Shown here piece by piece: positions 49,601 through 59,872 of a stretch of DNA of 64,000 nucleotides (position 1 is the first letter of the stretch; each line of letters starts with the position of its first letter). Made by a program: the position numbers and the translations under genes. The stretch lies in NCBI GenBank assembly GCA_048571215.1, contig CP182352.1, forward strand, positions 3,136,001 through 3,200,000, read 5' to 3'. Source of the stretch: Halarcobacter sp. (GTDB taxonomy: Bacteria > Campylobacterota > Campylobacteria > Campylobacterales > Arcobacteraceae). The notes beneath the pieces were generated by a model. That model saw only the letters and a list, made by a program, of their open reading frames with translations, ran no database searches and had not been told where the DNA came from.

Positions 49601-52600
49601 ATCTAGGTTATCACTAATATTTCCATTTGTTGCTGTTATATTTACATTTGAGCTTGTATCTATTACTGATAGTGCTACATTTGTATTTGCTGTATATGTT
49701 ACAACTCCACTTGTACTTGTTGTATTTTTACCACTATTCATGATAATTGAACCAGCACTTGATACTACATCTATATTTCCAGCTACAGAACTAATAGCTC
49801 CATCTTGTGTGATATCTCCTAGGCTTGATACAATATTTACTACACCTAAGTTTGAACTTTGTGTTATTGCATCTATTGTTAAAGTATCTGTTTCTTTAAC
49901 ATATATATCTCCACTTGTTGCATTTGTGATATCTATATTTGATACTGTTGTATTAATATCATCTACACTTGTTCCAACCCCTGTATTAGAGTTTATTGTT
50001 AATACATCTGCTATTACATTTGCTGTTTCTGCACTTAGGTTATCACTAATATTTCCATTTGTTGCTGTTATATTTACATTTGAGCTTGTATCTATTACTG
50101 ATAGTGCTACATTTGTATTTGCTGTATATGTTACAACTCCATTTGTACTTGTTGTATTTTTACCACTATTCATGATAATTGAACCAGCACTTGATACTAC
50201 ATCTATATTTCCAGCTACAGAACTAATAGCTCCATCTTGTGTGATATCTCCTAGAGTTGATACAATATTTACTACACCTAAGTTTGAACTTTGTGTTATT
50301 GCATCTATTGTTAAAGTATCTGTTTCTTTAACATATATATCTCCACTTGTTGCATTTGTGATATCTATATTTGATACTGTTGTATTAATATCATCTACAC
50401 TTGTTCCAACCCCTGTATTAGAGTTTATTGTTAATACATCTGCTATTACATTTGCTGTTTCTGCACTTAGGTTATCACTAATATTTCCATTTGTTGCTGT
50501 TATATTTACATTTGAGCTTGTATCTATTACTGATAGTGCTACATTTGTATTTGCTGTATATGTTACAACTCCATTTGTACTTGTTGTATTTTTACCACTA
50601 TTCATGATAATTGAACCAGCACTTGATACTACATCTATATTTCCAGCTACAGAACTAATAGCTCCATCTTGTGTGATATCTCCTAGAGTTGATACAATAT
50701 TTACTACACCTAAGTTTGAACTTTGTGTTATTGCATCTATTGTTAAAGTATCTGTTTCTTTAACATATATATCTCCACTTGTTGCATTTGTGATATCTAT
50801 ATTTGATACTGTTGTATTAATATCATCTACACTTGTTCCAACCCCTGTATTAGAGTTTATTGTTAATACATCTGCTATTACATTTGCTGTTTCTGCACTT
50901 AGGTTATCACTAATATTTCCATTTGTTGCTGTTATATTTACATTTGAGCTTGTATCTATTACTGATAGTGCTACATTTGTATTTGCTGTATATGTTACAA
51001 CTCCATTTGTACTTGTTGTATTTTTACCACTATTCATGATAATTGAACCAGCACTTGATACTACATCTATATTTCCAGCTACAGAACTAATAGCTCCATC
51101 TTGTGTGATATCTCCTAGAGTTGATACAATATTTACTACACCTAAGTTTGAACTTTGTGTTATTGCATCTATTGTTAAAGTATCTGTTTCTTTAACATAT
51201 ATATCTCCACTTGTTGCATTTGTGATATCTATATTTGATACTGTTGTATTAATATCATCTACACTTGTTCCAACCCCTGTATTAGAGTTTATTGTTAATA
51301 CATCTGCTATTACATTTGCTGTTTCTGCACTTAGGTTATCACTAATATTTCCATTTGTTGCTGTTATATTTACATTTGAGCTTGTATCTATTACTGATAG
51401 TGCTACATTTGTATTTGCTGTATATGTTACAACTCCATTTGTACTTGTTGTATTTTTACCACTATTCATGATAATTGAACCAGCACTTGATACTACATCT
51501 ATATTTCCAGCTACAGAACTAATAGCTCCATCTTGTGTGATATCTCCTAGAGTTGATACAATATTTACTACACCTAAGTTTGAACTTTGTGTTATTGCAT
51601 CTATTGTTAAAGTATCTGTTTCTTTAACATATATATCTCCACTTGTTGCATTTGTGATATCTATATTTGATACTGTTGTATTAAGGTTATTTGCTTGTGT
51701 TCCTATACCGTTTGTTGCATCTAATATTAGCTTATCAGAAATAATACTTACACTATTATCTGCTCTATCTAAAATAGAACCATTTGCAATTAATGAAACT
51801 GTTCCTGTTGAGTTTATACTATCTTGTGCATCATCTGTTCTTGCTGTTGTTAATCCATTTGTTCCAACTTTATTAACACTTATTGCTTCAACATTATCTA
51901 TTAAGATATCTTTACTATTATCTAAATATAAACCATTTTTATTTACAACAGCACTTAATACATTTATAGAAGTTTCAATATTTTGTGTATTTGCTCCTAC
52001 TACTCCTGCTCCACTTAAATAAACTCTTAATTTATTTGCTGTTATATCTGTATTTGTATCACCTGAGTCACTAAATACTCCTGTTAGGAATAATGAAACA
52101 TTTGCAGTTCCTGCGTTTAATGATGAGATAGAGAAATCTTTTGCTTTTACTCTAATATTTGAATCACTTGTACTTACTTGTGAAGCATCACTCATAATCA
52201 CATTTCCTGCTGTACTAAAAATATCTATAGTTTTATTTGCAGTTTGAGTAGTTACATTGTCATTTATATTTATATTAGCACTTGCATCTAAAGTGATATT
52301 CCCACCGGTACTTAGTATTTGTGCATTTGAAGTGATATTAGTAGCAGATTTTACAAGAATATTTCCACTAGCTTCTATATTTCCTGTTATATCTAAGGTT
52401 GTTATTACACCACTTGCTTGTAATACTAAATTACCTAATGATGAAAGTTTTGTTTGTAGGGCATCTATTGTATTACTTGTAGATGCATCTGTACCTATTG
52501 TAGTAACAGTTATAGCTGATGTTTGACCTATATTTACAGCATTTGCTTCTTTAACAAATACATCTCCAGAAACATTCGCACTTAAAGTTGCAAGATCTGT

Positions 52601-55600
52601 TTTTAAATTACTTGCATTTGTACCTAAGGTGCTTGCAGTTATTTTTAATTCATCTGCTTTTACATTATTAAATGGTGCAGTTGATATTAAATTATTTGTA
52701 ATAGTTGTTGCAAGTAAACTAACATCACTAGTAGTTACAATTTGTCCTAAGCTTAATGTTGTTGTTGAAGCATATCTTACATTTGCAGCTGTTGCATCTG
52801 TTTTTGAAGTACTTGCCATTGATATAGCATTTGCTTGTACATCCACTGTTCCTACGGTTGTGATATTCGCATTTTGCGCAAATGTCCCACCTGTGATTAT
52901 TGATAAAGCACCTGATGTTGAACTTAAGGCACTACTTAATGTTATATTATCTGCTTTTAATAGTGTATCGCCATTTGAAGAAACTGTAGCATTAGAAGTT
53001 ACATCTATATCTCCACTTGCACTTACTAAAATTAATTTATCTGTTGATACTAAATTCTCTTGGGCACTATTTGCTGTAGCTGTTATACTTCCATCACTAT
53101 TCACCCCATTTACATCTACACTTACAGAGTCTATTGATAAACCATCACTTTCACTTACAAACAATCCAGCACCTTTAGCACTTAAAGTTGTAACTGTTGT
53201 CTCTATGTGATTTGTTGCTGTTCCTATAAAACCTGTTATATCTAACAATAAGCTTGATGCTTGAATATCCACATCACTATTTGTTGTATCTATTGCATCT
53301 GTATCTACTAAATTACCAAGTGCTGTAATTGATACACTTCCTGTTCCTGCATTGATACTCTCAATATTTACATCATTTCCTGCATCTAATAAAATATTTC
53401 CACTATTTGTTGTAGCTATTTGTGTACCATCTGCCATTGTAATATCATTTAATGCTATTACTTGAATTGTTTTTGTTGCAGTTGATGCTATGATATTTGC
53501 ATTTACTAATACATCATTATCTGAAACTATTGAAATGTTTCCATTATTTGAAGTTACTATTCCATTTAATGTTATATCAAAGGCTTCATCATTAGCTACA
53601 TCTTCTGTTGTTAATAGAATATTATTATTTGCTGTTATTGTTCCTGCTGTTATTGCTCCATTTATTGTTGAAACTACTGCATTACCTGTTGTTCCTAAAG
53701 CACTAAGTGAAGTTATACTTAAATCATCACTTTCTTGAATAAATATATCACCACTTGTTGTATTTGAAGCAGTAAGTGATGCTATTGTTGTATCTATATC
53801 TGCATCCCCACTTGCTCCTATACCTGTTGCTGCAACTAAACTAACTACTGTTGTAGTTCCTTTTATATTTGCATCTTCTGTATCTAGGTTATCACTAATA
53901 TTTCCATTTGTTGCTGTTATATTTACATTTGAGCTTGTATCTATTACTGATAGTGCTACATTTGTATTTGCTGTATATGTTACAACTCCACTTGTACTTG
54001 TTGTATTTTTACCACTATTCATGATAATTGAACCAGCACTTGATACTACATCTATATTTCCAGCTACAGAACTAATAGCTCCATCTTGTGTGATATCTCC
54101 TAGGCTTGATACAATATTTACTACACCTAAGTTTGAACTTTGTGTTATTGCATCTATTGTTAAAGTATCTGTTTCTTTAACATATATATCTCCACTTGTT
54201 GCATTTGTGATATCTATATTTGATACTGTTGTATTAATATCATCTACACTTGTTCCAACCCCTGTATTAGAGTTTATTGTTAATACATCTGCTATTACAT
54301 TTGCTGTTTCTGCACTTAGGTTATCACTTATATATCCATTTGTTGCACTTAAGTTTACATTTGCTGTTGTTGAAACCAACGATAGTTTTATATTATTAGC
54401 TGCATTTAGGGTTATATCATCTTGAGCTATTATGTTTTTACCATCAGTTATAGTAATAGAACCTGTTGTTGAAGTTATTGCTACTTCCCCACTTGAAGAT
54501 ATATTACTTTGAAGTGCATCTTCTGTATTTGTAGTACTTGCATCTGTATTTATTGTTGTAACACTTATTGCTGATGTTTCATTTATAGTAAGATTACCTG
54601 CTTGTGTTATAAATAAACTTCCACCATTTGAGCTTAATGTTGAAATATCTGTTTCAATGTAATCTAAAGTAGTTGCTGTTGAACCACTAACAGTTAATTT
54701 TAATTCATCTGCTGTGATATTATTTGTATTAGCATTTGCATCACTAATTGAACTTGCAAGTAAACTAACATCACTAGTAGTTACAATTTGTCCTAAGCTT
54801 AATGTTGTTGTTGAAGCATATCTTACATTTGCAGCTGTTGCATCTGTTTTTGAAGTACTTGCCATTGATATAGCATTTGCTTGTACATCCACTGTTCCTA
54901 CGGTTGTGATATTCGCATTTTGCGCAAATGTCCCACCTGTGATTATTGATAAAGCACCTGATGTTGAACTTAAGGCACTACTTAATGTTATATTATCTGC
55001 TTTTAATAGTGTATCGCCATTTGAAGAAACTGTAGCATTAGAAGTTACATCTATATCTCCACTTGCACTTACTAAAATTAATTTATCTGTTGATACTAAA
55101 TTCTCTTGGGCACTATTTGCTGTAGCTGTTATACTTCCATCACTATTCACCCCATTTACATCTACACTTACAGAGTCTATTGATAAACCATCACTTTCAC
55201 TTACAAACAATCCAGCACCTTTAGCACTTAAAGTTGTAACTGTTGTCTCTATGTGATTTGTTGCTGTTCCTATAAAACCTGTTATATCTAACAATAAGCT
55301 TGATGCTTGAATATCCACATCACTATTTGTTGTATCTATTGCATCTGTATCTACTAAATTACCAAGTGCTGTAATTGATACACTTCCTGTTCCTGCATTG
55401 ATACTCTCAATATTTACATCATTTCCTGCATCTAATAAAATATTTCCACTATTTGTTGTAGCTATTTGTGTACCATCTGCCATTGTAATATCATTTAATG
55501 CTATTACTTGAATTGTTTTTGTTGCAGTTGATGCTATGATATTTGCATTTACTAATACATCATTATCTGAAACTATTGAAATGTTTCCATTATTTGAAGT

Positions 55601-58600
55601 TACTATTCCATTTAATGTTATATCAAAGGCTTCATCATTAGCTACATCTTCTGTTGTTAATAGAATATTATTATTTGCTGTTATTGTTCCTGCTGTTATT
55701 GCTCCATTTATTGTTGAAACTACTGCATTACCTGTTGTTCCTAAAGCACTAAGTGAAGTTATACTTAAATCATCACTTTCTTGAATAAATATATCACCAC
55801 TTGTTGTATTTGAAGCAGTAAGTGATGCTATTGTTGTATCTATATCTGCATCCCCACTTGCTCCTATACCTGTTGCTGCAACTAAACTAACTACTGTTGT
55901 AGTTCCTTTTATATTTGCATCTTCTGTATCTAGGTTATCACTAATATTTCCATTTGTTGCTGTTATATTTACATTTGAGCTTGTATCTATTACTGATAGT
56001 GCTACATTTGTATTTGCTGTATATGTTACAACTCCACTTGTACTTGTTGTATTTTTACCACTATTCATGATAATTGAACCAGCACTTGATACTACATCTA
56101 TATTTCCAGCTACAGAACTAATAGCTCCATCTTGTGTGATATCTCCTAGGCTTGATACAATATTTACTACACCTAAGTTTGAACTTTGTGTTATTGCATC
56201 TATTGTTAAAGTATCTGTTTCTTTAACATATATATCTCCACTTGTTGCATTTGTGATATCTATATTTGATACTGTTGTATTAATATCATCTACACTTGTT
56301 CCAACCCCTGTATTAGAGTTTATTGTTAATACATCTGCTATTACATTTGCTGTTTCTGCACTTAGGTTATCACTTATATATCCATTTGTTGCACTTAAGT
56401 TTACATTTGCTGTTGTTGAAACCAACGATAGTTTTATATTATTAGCTGCATTTAGGGTTATATCTGCACTATTAGAACTTTTTGTTAGGGTGTCATTATT
56501 CATAATGATTGAACCAGCAATTGAACTTAAAGTTATAGTTCCACTTGTTGAGTTAATATCTCCATCTTGTGTTATATCTCCTAGAGTTGCTACAACACTT
56601 ATATTACCTGCTAAGGTTTGTGTTATTGCATCTATTGTTAAAGTATCTGTTTCTTTAACATATATATCTCCACTTGTTGCATTTGTGATATCTATATTTG
56701 ATACTGTTGTATTAATATCATCTACACTTGTTCCAACCCCTGTATTAGAGTTTATTGTTAATACATCTGCTATTACATTTGCTGTTTCTGCACTTAGGTT
56801 ATCACTAATATTTCCACTTGTTGCACTTAGGTTTACATTTGCTGCTGTTGAAACTAATGATAATTTTATATTATCATTTGCAGTGTAATTTATAATACCA
56901 TTTGTAGATGAAGCACTTGTTGCATCAGCCATAACAATAGAATCATTATATGAAGTGATATTTATTGCCCCTGCTGCATATGTATGTGTTATATTTGCAT
57001 TTATATTTATATTTCCATCAGCTTTTAAATTAACATTCTCTCCCGCACTAGTAATCGTTTCATTTACATTAACTACTGTATCTATCCCTGTATCTTTTGC
57101 TTGGATAGTTAAGCTTCCACTTCCTGCATTACTAACCCCATTTTGTCCTGATGCTATTGTGATATTACCATTTTGAGTAGTTAAGCTTGTTGTTCCACCT
57201 GTTGCACTTTGAGATAATCTATTTACTACTATATCTCCTCCACTTGCTAGCTCATTTATTTTTATATTCCCTGTCCCTAAGTTTTGGGCATCTAATGTTG
57301 TAACTTTTGTAAACATTAAATCTATCCCTGTTTGTGAACTTACTGTAAGGGTATTTGAAACTAACTCTTCACTTGTTAATCCATCTGTAGAATCATTAAT
57401 TTGTGAAATCTTACCTGATTGTGAATATAAAGTTATATCACTTGACTGGGCTTCTATATAGTTTGAAATAGTTATATTATTTATTGCATCTAAAGTGATA
57501 TCTCCTGATGCTATTAATTTATTATATTCATTTGAATAATCTTCTATTTTTATACTTCCACCATATATCTCTACATTATCTTTAAACGTTAATTGATTTG
57601 ATGCTATTACACCTACTCTTACTTCTCCAACTGCTGTTGATTTTGTATGGTTATCTATATCTTTATGTCCAAATATTATTTTAGAGAAACCATCTGTTAG
57701 TGTCCCCATTTCTGTTGCTGTTATATTTAGAGTATTTGCTGTTGTTTCTAGTGGTGGTGATGAAATTGACATATCATAACTTGTATTTGTTGGTCTTAAT
57801 GTTAAGGTTCCTGCACCTGTACTTGTTATTGATTCTTCTCCACCTTTGAAGTTTATCTCATTACCTTCAATTAAAATATCTCCACCTGCAGAAACGCCAT
57901 CTTCAAACACTACTAAGTCTGCACCTATTATTGTTAGGTTTCCACTTAGTGTAAGTTGTTGATTAAAGGTTACTGTTCCTGTAGCATAAATATAAATATC
58001 TCCATCTACATTTACTTCCCCTTTAAAGGTAACATTTTCGGCACCTTCACTATTATCACTTGTATCTAAAATACTTAGACCTTCTAATTGGTCTGTGTAT
58101 CCCACTGTACTATTTACAACTATACTTCCACCATTTGCATTTAAGTTTAATGTATCTGTTGTTCCAGCATTACCATCTAATCTGTGAGTTGTTGATGCTC
58201 CTAGGGTAATATTACCTGTACCATCTGTTCCTGCTGTTATTGAGTCATTACTTGTAACTACAATTGAATCACTTATTAATACATCATCTGCCAATGATAT
58301 TGCTGTATCTGATCCACCTGATCCAAAGTTTAAGGTATGTCCTGATCCATATATACTTAATGATGTACCTTCCCCTCCTATGAGATTATCATAGATGTAC
58401 ATCTCTCCTCCTAGGTTTGGATTGTTGATTGTTAAAGATACATCAATATTTATATCTCCTTGTTCAGAAGATTTATCTCCTATCTCAATAATGCTTCCAC
58501 TATTTTCATCACCAATTACTAAACTATTAGCACTATCTTTTAGATTTTTTATTTGAGAAGAAGTAAGGTGTAGAGCATCTGATGATACACTTGTACTATC

Positions 58601-58885
58601 ACCAATTACTAATGTTTGATTTTGATTTGTTTTGATGTTTGCAGATGGTTTGTCTTGATTGTTTTCTTGAACATAAACTATATTGTTGTTTTCTTCACTT
58701 AAATAATCTACAGTAGCACCAACAATTGGATTTGCAGATAGTAGCAATCTAGATTCTAAAGGATTAATAGTAAACCTATTTTTATTAAAACTAATACTTT
58801 TTTTTAATTCTTTTGCTTTTAATTTTTTTTGTGTTAACTCTTTAATTCTTTTAAAAAATCTAAAATCGCTAAATGATTTTGACAT
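46607..58885 (-). CDS. Giant repetitive beta-rich surface protein/adhesin with LEPR-XLL-type leader (4092 aa)
   Basis: Lys-rich N-terminus then PLESRLLLSA (motif at aa 43-51); Thr/Ser/Asn/Ile-rich repeats; no Sec h-region; ends FEYWIEDIAL. Confidence 0.9.
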   Translation of the reverse strand: MSKSFSDFRFFKRIKELTQKKLKAKELKKSISFNKNRFTINPLESRLLLSANPIVGATVDYLSEENNNIVYVQENNQDKPSANIKTNQNQTLVIGDSTSVSSDALHLTSSQIKNLKDSANSLVIGDENSGSIIEIGDKSSEQGDINIDVSLTINNPNLGGEMYIYDNLIGGEGTSLSIYGSGHTLNFGSGGSDTAISLADDVLISDSIVVTSNDSITAGTDGTGNITLGASTTHRLDGNAGTTDTLNLNANGGSIVVNSTVGYTDQLEGLSILDTSDNSEGAENVTFKGEVNVDGDIYIYATGTVTFNQQLTLSGNLTIIGADLVVFEDGVSAGGDILIEGNEINFKGGEESITSTGAGTLTLRPTNTSYDMSISSPPLETTANTLNITATEMGTLTDGFSKIIFGHKDIDNHTKSTAVGEVRVGVIASNQLTFKDNVEIYGGSIKIEDYSNEYNKLIASGDITLDAINNITISNYIEAQSSDITLYSQSGKISQINDSTDGLTSEELVSNTLTVSSQTGIDLMFTKVTTLDAQNLGTGNIKINELASGGDIVVNRLSQSATGGTTSLTTQNGNITIASGQNGVSNAGSGSLTIQAKDTGIDTVVNVNETITSAGENVNLKADGNININANITHTYAAGAINITSYNDSIVMADATSASSTNGIINYTANDNIKLSLVSTAANVNLSATSGNISDNLSAETANVIADVLTINSNTGVGTSVDDINTTVSNIDITNATSGDIYVKETDTLTIDAITQTLAGNISVVATLGDITQDGDINSTSGTITLSSIAGSIIMNNDTLTKSSNSADITLNAANNIKLSLVSTTANVNLSATNGYISDNLSAETANVIADVLTINSNTGVGTSVDDINTTVSNIDITNATSGDIYVKETDTLTIDAITQSSNLGVVNIVSSLGDITQDGAISSVAGNIDVVSSAGSIIMNSGKNTTSTSGVVTYTANTNVALSVIDTSSNVNITATNGNISDNLDTEDANIKGTTTVVSLVAATGIGASGDADIDTTIASLTASNTTSGDIFIQESDDLSITSLSALGTTGNAVVSTINGAITAGTITANNNILLTTEDVANDEAFDITLNGIVTSNNGNISIVSDNDVLVNANIIASTATKTIQVIALNDITMADGTQIATTNSGNILLDAGNDVNIESINAGTGSVSITALGNLVDTDAIDTTNSDVDIQASSLLLDITGFIGTATNHIETTVTTLSAKGAGLFVSESDGLSIDSVSVDVNGVNSDGSITATANSAQENLVSTDKLILVSASGDIDVTSNATVSSNGDTLLKADNITLSSALSSTSGALSIITGGTFAQNANITTVGTVDVQANAISMASTSKTDATAANVRYASTTTLSLGQIVTTSDVSLLASSISDANANTNNITADELKLTVSGSTATTLDYIETDISTLSSNGGSLFITQAGNLTINETSAISVTTINTDASTTNTEDALQSNISSSGEVAITSTTGSITITDGKNIIAQDDITLNAANNIKLSLVSTTANVNLSATNGYISDNLSAETANVIADVLTINSNTGVGTSVDDINTTVSNIDITNATSGDIYVKETDTLTIDAITQSSNLGVVNIVSSLGDITQDGAISSVAGNIDVVSSAGSIIMNSGKNTTSTSGVVTYTANTNVALSVIDTSSNVNITATNGNISDNLDTEDANIKGTTTVVSLVAATGIGASGDADIDTTIASLTASNTTSGDIFIQESDDLSITSLSALGTTGNAVVSTINGAITAGTITANNNILLTTEDVANDEAFDITLNGIVTSNNGNISIVSDNDVLVNANIIASTATKTIQVIALNDITMADGTQIATTNSGNILLDAGNDVNIESINAGTGSVSITALGNLVDTDAIDTTNSDVDIQASSLLLDITGFIGTATNHIETTVTTLSAKGAGLFVSESDGLSIDSVSVDVNGVNSDGSITATANSAQENLVSTDKLILVSASGDIDVTSNATVSSNGDTLLKADNITLSSALSSTSGALSIITGGTFAQNANITTVGTVDVQANAISMASTSKTDATAANVRYASTTTLSLGQIVTTSDVSLLATTITNNLISTAPFNNVKADELKITASTLGTNASNLKTDLATLSANVSGDVFVKEANAVNIGQTSAITVTTIGTDASTSNTIDALQTKLSSLGNLVLQASGVITTLDITGNIEASGNILVKSATNITSNAQILSTGGNITLDASANININDNVTTQTANKTIDIFSTAGNVIMSDASQVSTSDSNIRVKAKDFSISSLNAGTANVSLFLTGVFSDSGDTNTDITANKLRVYLSGAGVVGANTQNIETSINVLSAVVNKNGLYLDNSKDILIDNVEAISVNKVGTNGLTTARTDDAQDSINSTGTVSLIANGSILDRADNSVSIISDKLILDATNGIGTQANNLNTTVSNIDITNATSGDIYVKETDTLTIDAITQSSNLGVVNIVSTLGDITQDGAISSVAGNIDVVSSAGSIIMNSGKNTTSTNGVVTYTANTNVALSVIDTSSNVNITATNGNISDNLSAETANVIADVLTINSNTGVGTSVDDINTTVSNIDITNATSGDIYVKETDTLTIDAITQSSNLGVVNIVSTLGDITQDGAISSVAGNIDVVSSAGSIIMNSGKNTTSTNGVVTYTANTNVALSVIDTSSNVNITATNGNISDNLSAETANVIADVLTINSNTGVGTSVDDINTTVSNIDITNATSGDIYVKETDTLTIDAITQSSNLGVVNIVSTLGDITQDGAISSVAGNIDVVSSAGSIIMNSGKNTTSTNGVVTYTANTNVALSVIDTSSNVNITATNGNISDNLSAETANVIADVLTINSNTGVGTSVDDINTTVSNIDITNATSGDIYVKETDTLTIDAITQSSNLGVVNIVSTLGDITQDGAISSVAGNIDVVSSAGSIIMNSGKNTTSTNGVVTYTANTNVALSVIDTSSNVNITATNGNISDNLSAETANVIADVLTINSNTGVGTSVDDINTTVSNIDITNATSGDIYVKETDTLTIDAITQSSNLGVVNIVSSLGDITQDGAISSVAGNIDVVSSAGSIIMNSGKNTTSTSGVVTYTANTNVALSVIDTSSNVNITATNGNISDNLDTEDANIKGTTTVVSLVAATGIGANGDADIDTTIASLTASNTTSGDIFIQESDDLILDSITTSGNVDITASNLTNTATSLLSSSLLSLDVTSADINTKVSTLTATASGDVTINESDDLILDSITTSGNVDITASNLTNTATSLLSSSLLSLDVTSADINTKVSTLTATASGDVTINESDDLILDSITTSGNVDITASNLTNTATSLLSSSLLSLDVTSADINTKVSTLTATASGDVTINESDDLILDSITTSGNVDITASNLTNTATSLLSSSLLSLDVTSADINTKVSTLTATASGDVTINESDDLILDSITTSGNVDITASNLTNTATSLLSSSLLSLDVTSADINTKVSTLTATASGDVTINESDDLILDSITTSGNVDITASNLTNTATSLLSSSLLSLDVTSADINTKVSTLTATASGDVTINESDDLILDSITTSGNVDITASNLTNTATSLLSSSLLSLDVTSADINTKVSTLTATASGDVTINESDDLILDSITTSGNVDITASNLTNTATSLLSSSLLSLDVTSADINTKVSTLTATASGDVTINESDDLILDSITTSGNVDITASNLTNTATSLLSSSLLSLDVTSADINTKVSTLTATASGDVTINESDDLILDSITTSGNVDITASNLTNTATSLLSSSLLSLDVTSADINTKVSTLTATASGDVTINESDDLILDSMTTDGNVTISANNITNNTTLVADKLSLDVTTASLDTDIAVLKAIASGDVSINELDYLVVEDVQTSSNVTIQTQDSMKIGTISANTVTLKTQDGRITDYYNNQNTNITAQNLNMVGKGAFTKGEYLLNSTSLNNLSNNAINTDVRNLFIANKQEAKIDSKIGSSTSVFLVEKDNYSLQVVNKTIVTPKLSQIETTMDLTNSYSAVEQWSFAKEIDYELLNSSYVMKTHHVQAQENIQTRVTSLFESINNPTYVNHTSNVVNTQTVQTSITDVLNPISLNYSNYTSNFNENLIIDRIDSELFEYWIEDIAL
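47535..49453. repeat. Tandem array of 10 x 189 bp (63 aa) in giant gene 1
   Basis: Marker TCTAGAATTAAATCATCACTTTC recurs every 189 bp from 47541 to 49431. Confidence 0.95.
49604..51684. repeat. Tandem array of about 4.8 x 432 bp (144 aa)
   Basis: Marker CCACTATTCATGATAATTGA at 49731, 50163, 50595, 51027, 51459. Confidence 0.92.
52708..56464. repeat. About 1.7-kb block duplicated at 2046-bp spacing
   Basis: 52708-54418 matches 54754-56464; antisense ORFs recur at +2046 (53490/55536, 54021/56067). Confidence 0.9.
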
Positions 58886-58962
58886 TATTATAGTTCCTTA
58901 TGTGCCTTTAGCAAAAAAAAGTAAGATTTTCTTAACTAAAGGTAAATTTTATATATATAAAT

Positions 58963-58999
58963 AAAAAAAGGTAGTGATATCATATCACTACCTTTTTTT
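58963..58999 (-). terminator. Rho-independent terminator downstream of sapC
   Basis: Perfect 18-bp inverted repeat AAAAAAAGGTAGTGATAT-C-ATATCACTACCTTTTTTT. Confidence 0.85.
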
Positions 59000-59003
59000 T
59001 AAA

Positions 59004-59759
59004 TTATTCTTTAATCTCTTCAAATCTATCTTCAATACTATCTGTTTGAGTTAAACTTTTATCTTTAAAACCTAAAAGTCTTTCTATTTGAGAAAGAGAA
59101 CTTAAGTGTGAATATATAACTGATAAATATCTTTTATTTTTCATTTCTATAAATTTTTCATCAGAAAAATTATTTAGTCTTTCTTCATTAATAACAAAAG
59201 CACCTGCGATATTTTTCATTTCATTTTTAATATTTACTCTCATATTTAAAGGAGTAAATAGGTTATTTTCTTTTAGAAATTTTGAAAATTCAGTTGTAAA
59301 CATATCCATCTGATGCAGTTCTGACAGATATTGTTTAACTTTATCCATTGTTTCAGATGGAGTATTATCTTCGTTGAAAAGGTTTTCTCCTTCTTCATCA
59401 TTTAAAAATTCACTTGATTCATCTATACAAACAGTAAATTTATTTTCCTCATTACTTTTTGCTAAAGCGAAAGGATATCTTCTAATTATTGCTGGTATAT
59501 ACGAGGCATTCCATTTTTCATTATCATTACTTAAAAATAAGTTTTCTCCTGGTTCTAGTCCAAGCATTGCAACTGGTTTAAATTCATCATTTTCCTTATC
59601 CTCTATAAATACTATAGGATATATTGAAGAGGCTTTTGGGAATTCATGAGCCATAACAGTAGCTATATGTACATCTTTTGAAAAACTAAAATTATTAATA
59701 GGTTTAATTTTTTTATTTTTATGTCTTTCTAGCGTAATTGGTACAATTGTTTTAAACAT
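59004..59759 (-). CDS. sapC: SapC family protein
   Basis: EFPKASSIYPIVF, PVAMLGL..GENLF, WNASYIPAIIRRYPF, INEERL, IYSHLSSL. Confidence 0.88.
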   Translation of the reverse strand: MFKTIVPITLERHKNKKIKPINNFSFSKDVHIATVMAHEFPKASSIYPIVFIEDKENDEFKPVAMLGLEPGENLFLSNDNEKWNASYIPAIIRRYPFALAKSNEENKFTVCIDESSEFLNDEEGENLFNEDNTPSETMDKVKQYLSELHQMDMFTTEFSKFLKENNLFTPLNMRVNIKNEMKNIAGAFVINEERLNNFSDEKFIEMKNKRYLSVIYSHLSSLSQIERLLGFKDKSLTQTDSIEDRFEEIKE

Positions 59760-59833
59760 TTATTTCTCCTTAAATATTAATGATTTTAATCTTGCTAATA
59801 ATTAAGAGCTTGATATAAAATCAAAATCTAATT

Positions 59834-59842
59834 ATTATAGCA
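59834..59842 (-). promoter_or_regulatory. Extended -10 promoter candidate for sapC
   Basis: TGCTATAAT on the minus strand about 75 bp upstream of the sapC start (AAGGAG SD). Confidence 0.5.
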
Positions 59843-59872
59843 AAACTATATCATATTTATATCACAAAATTA

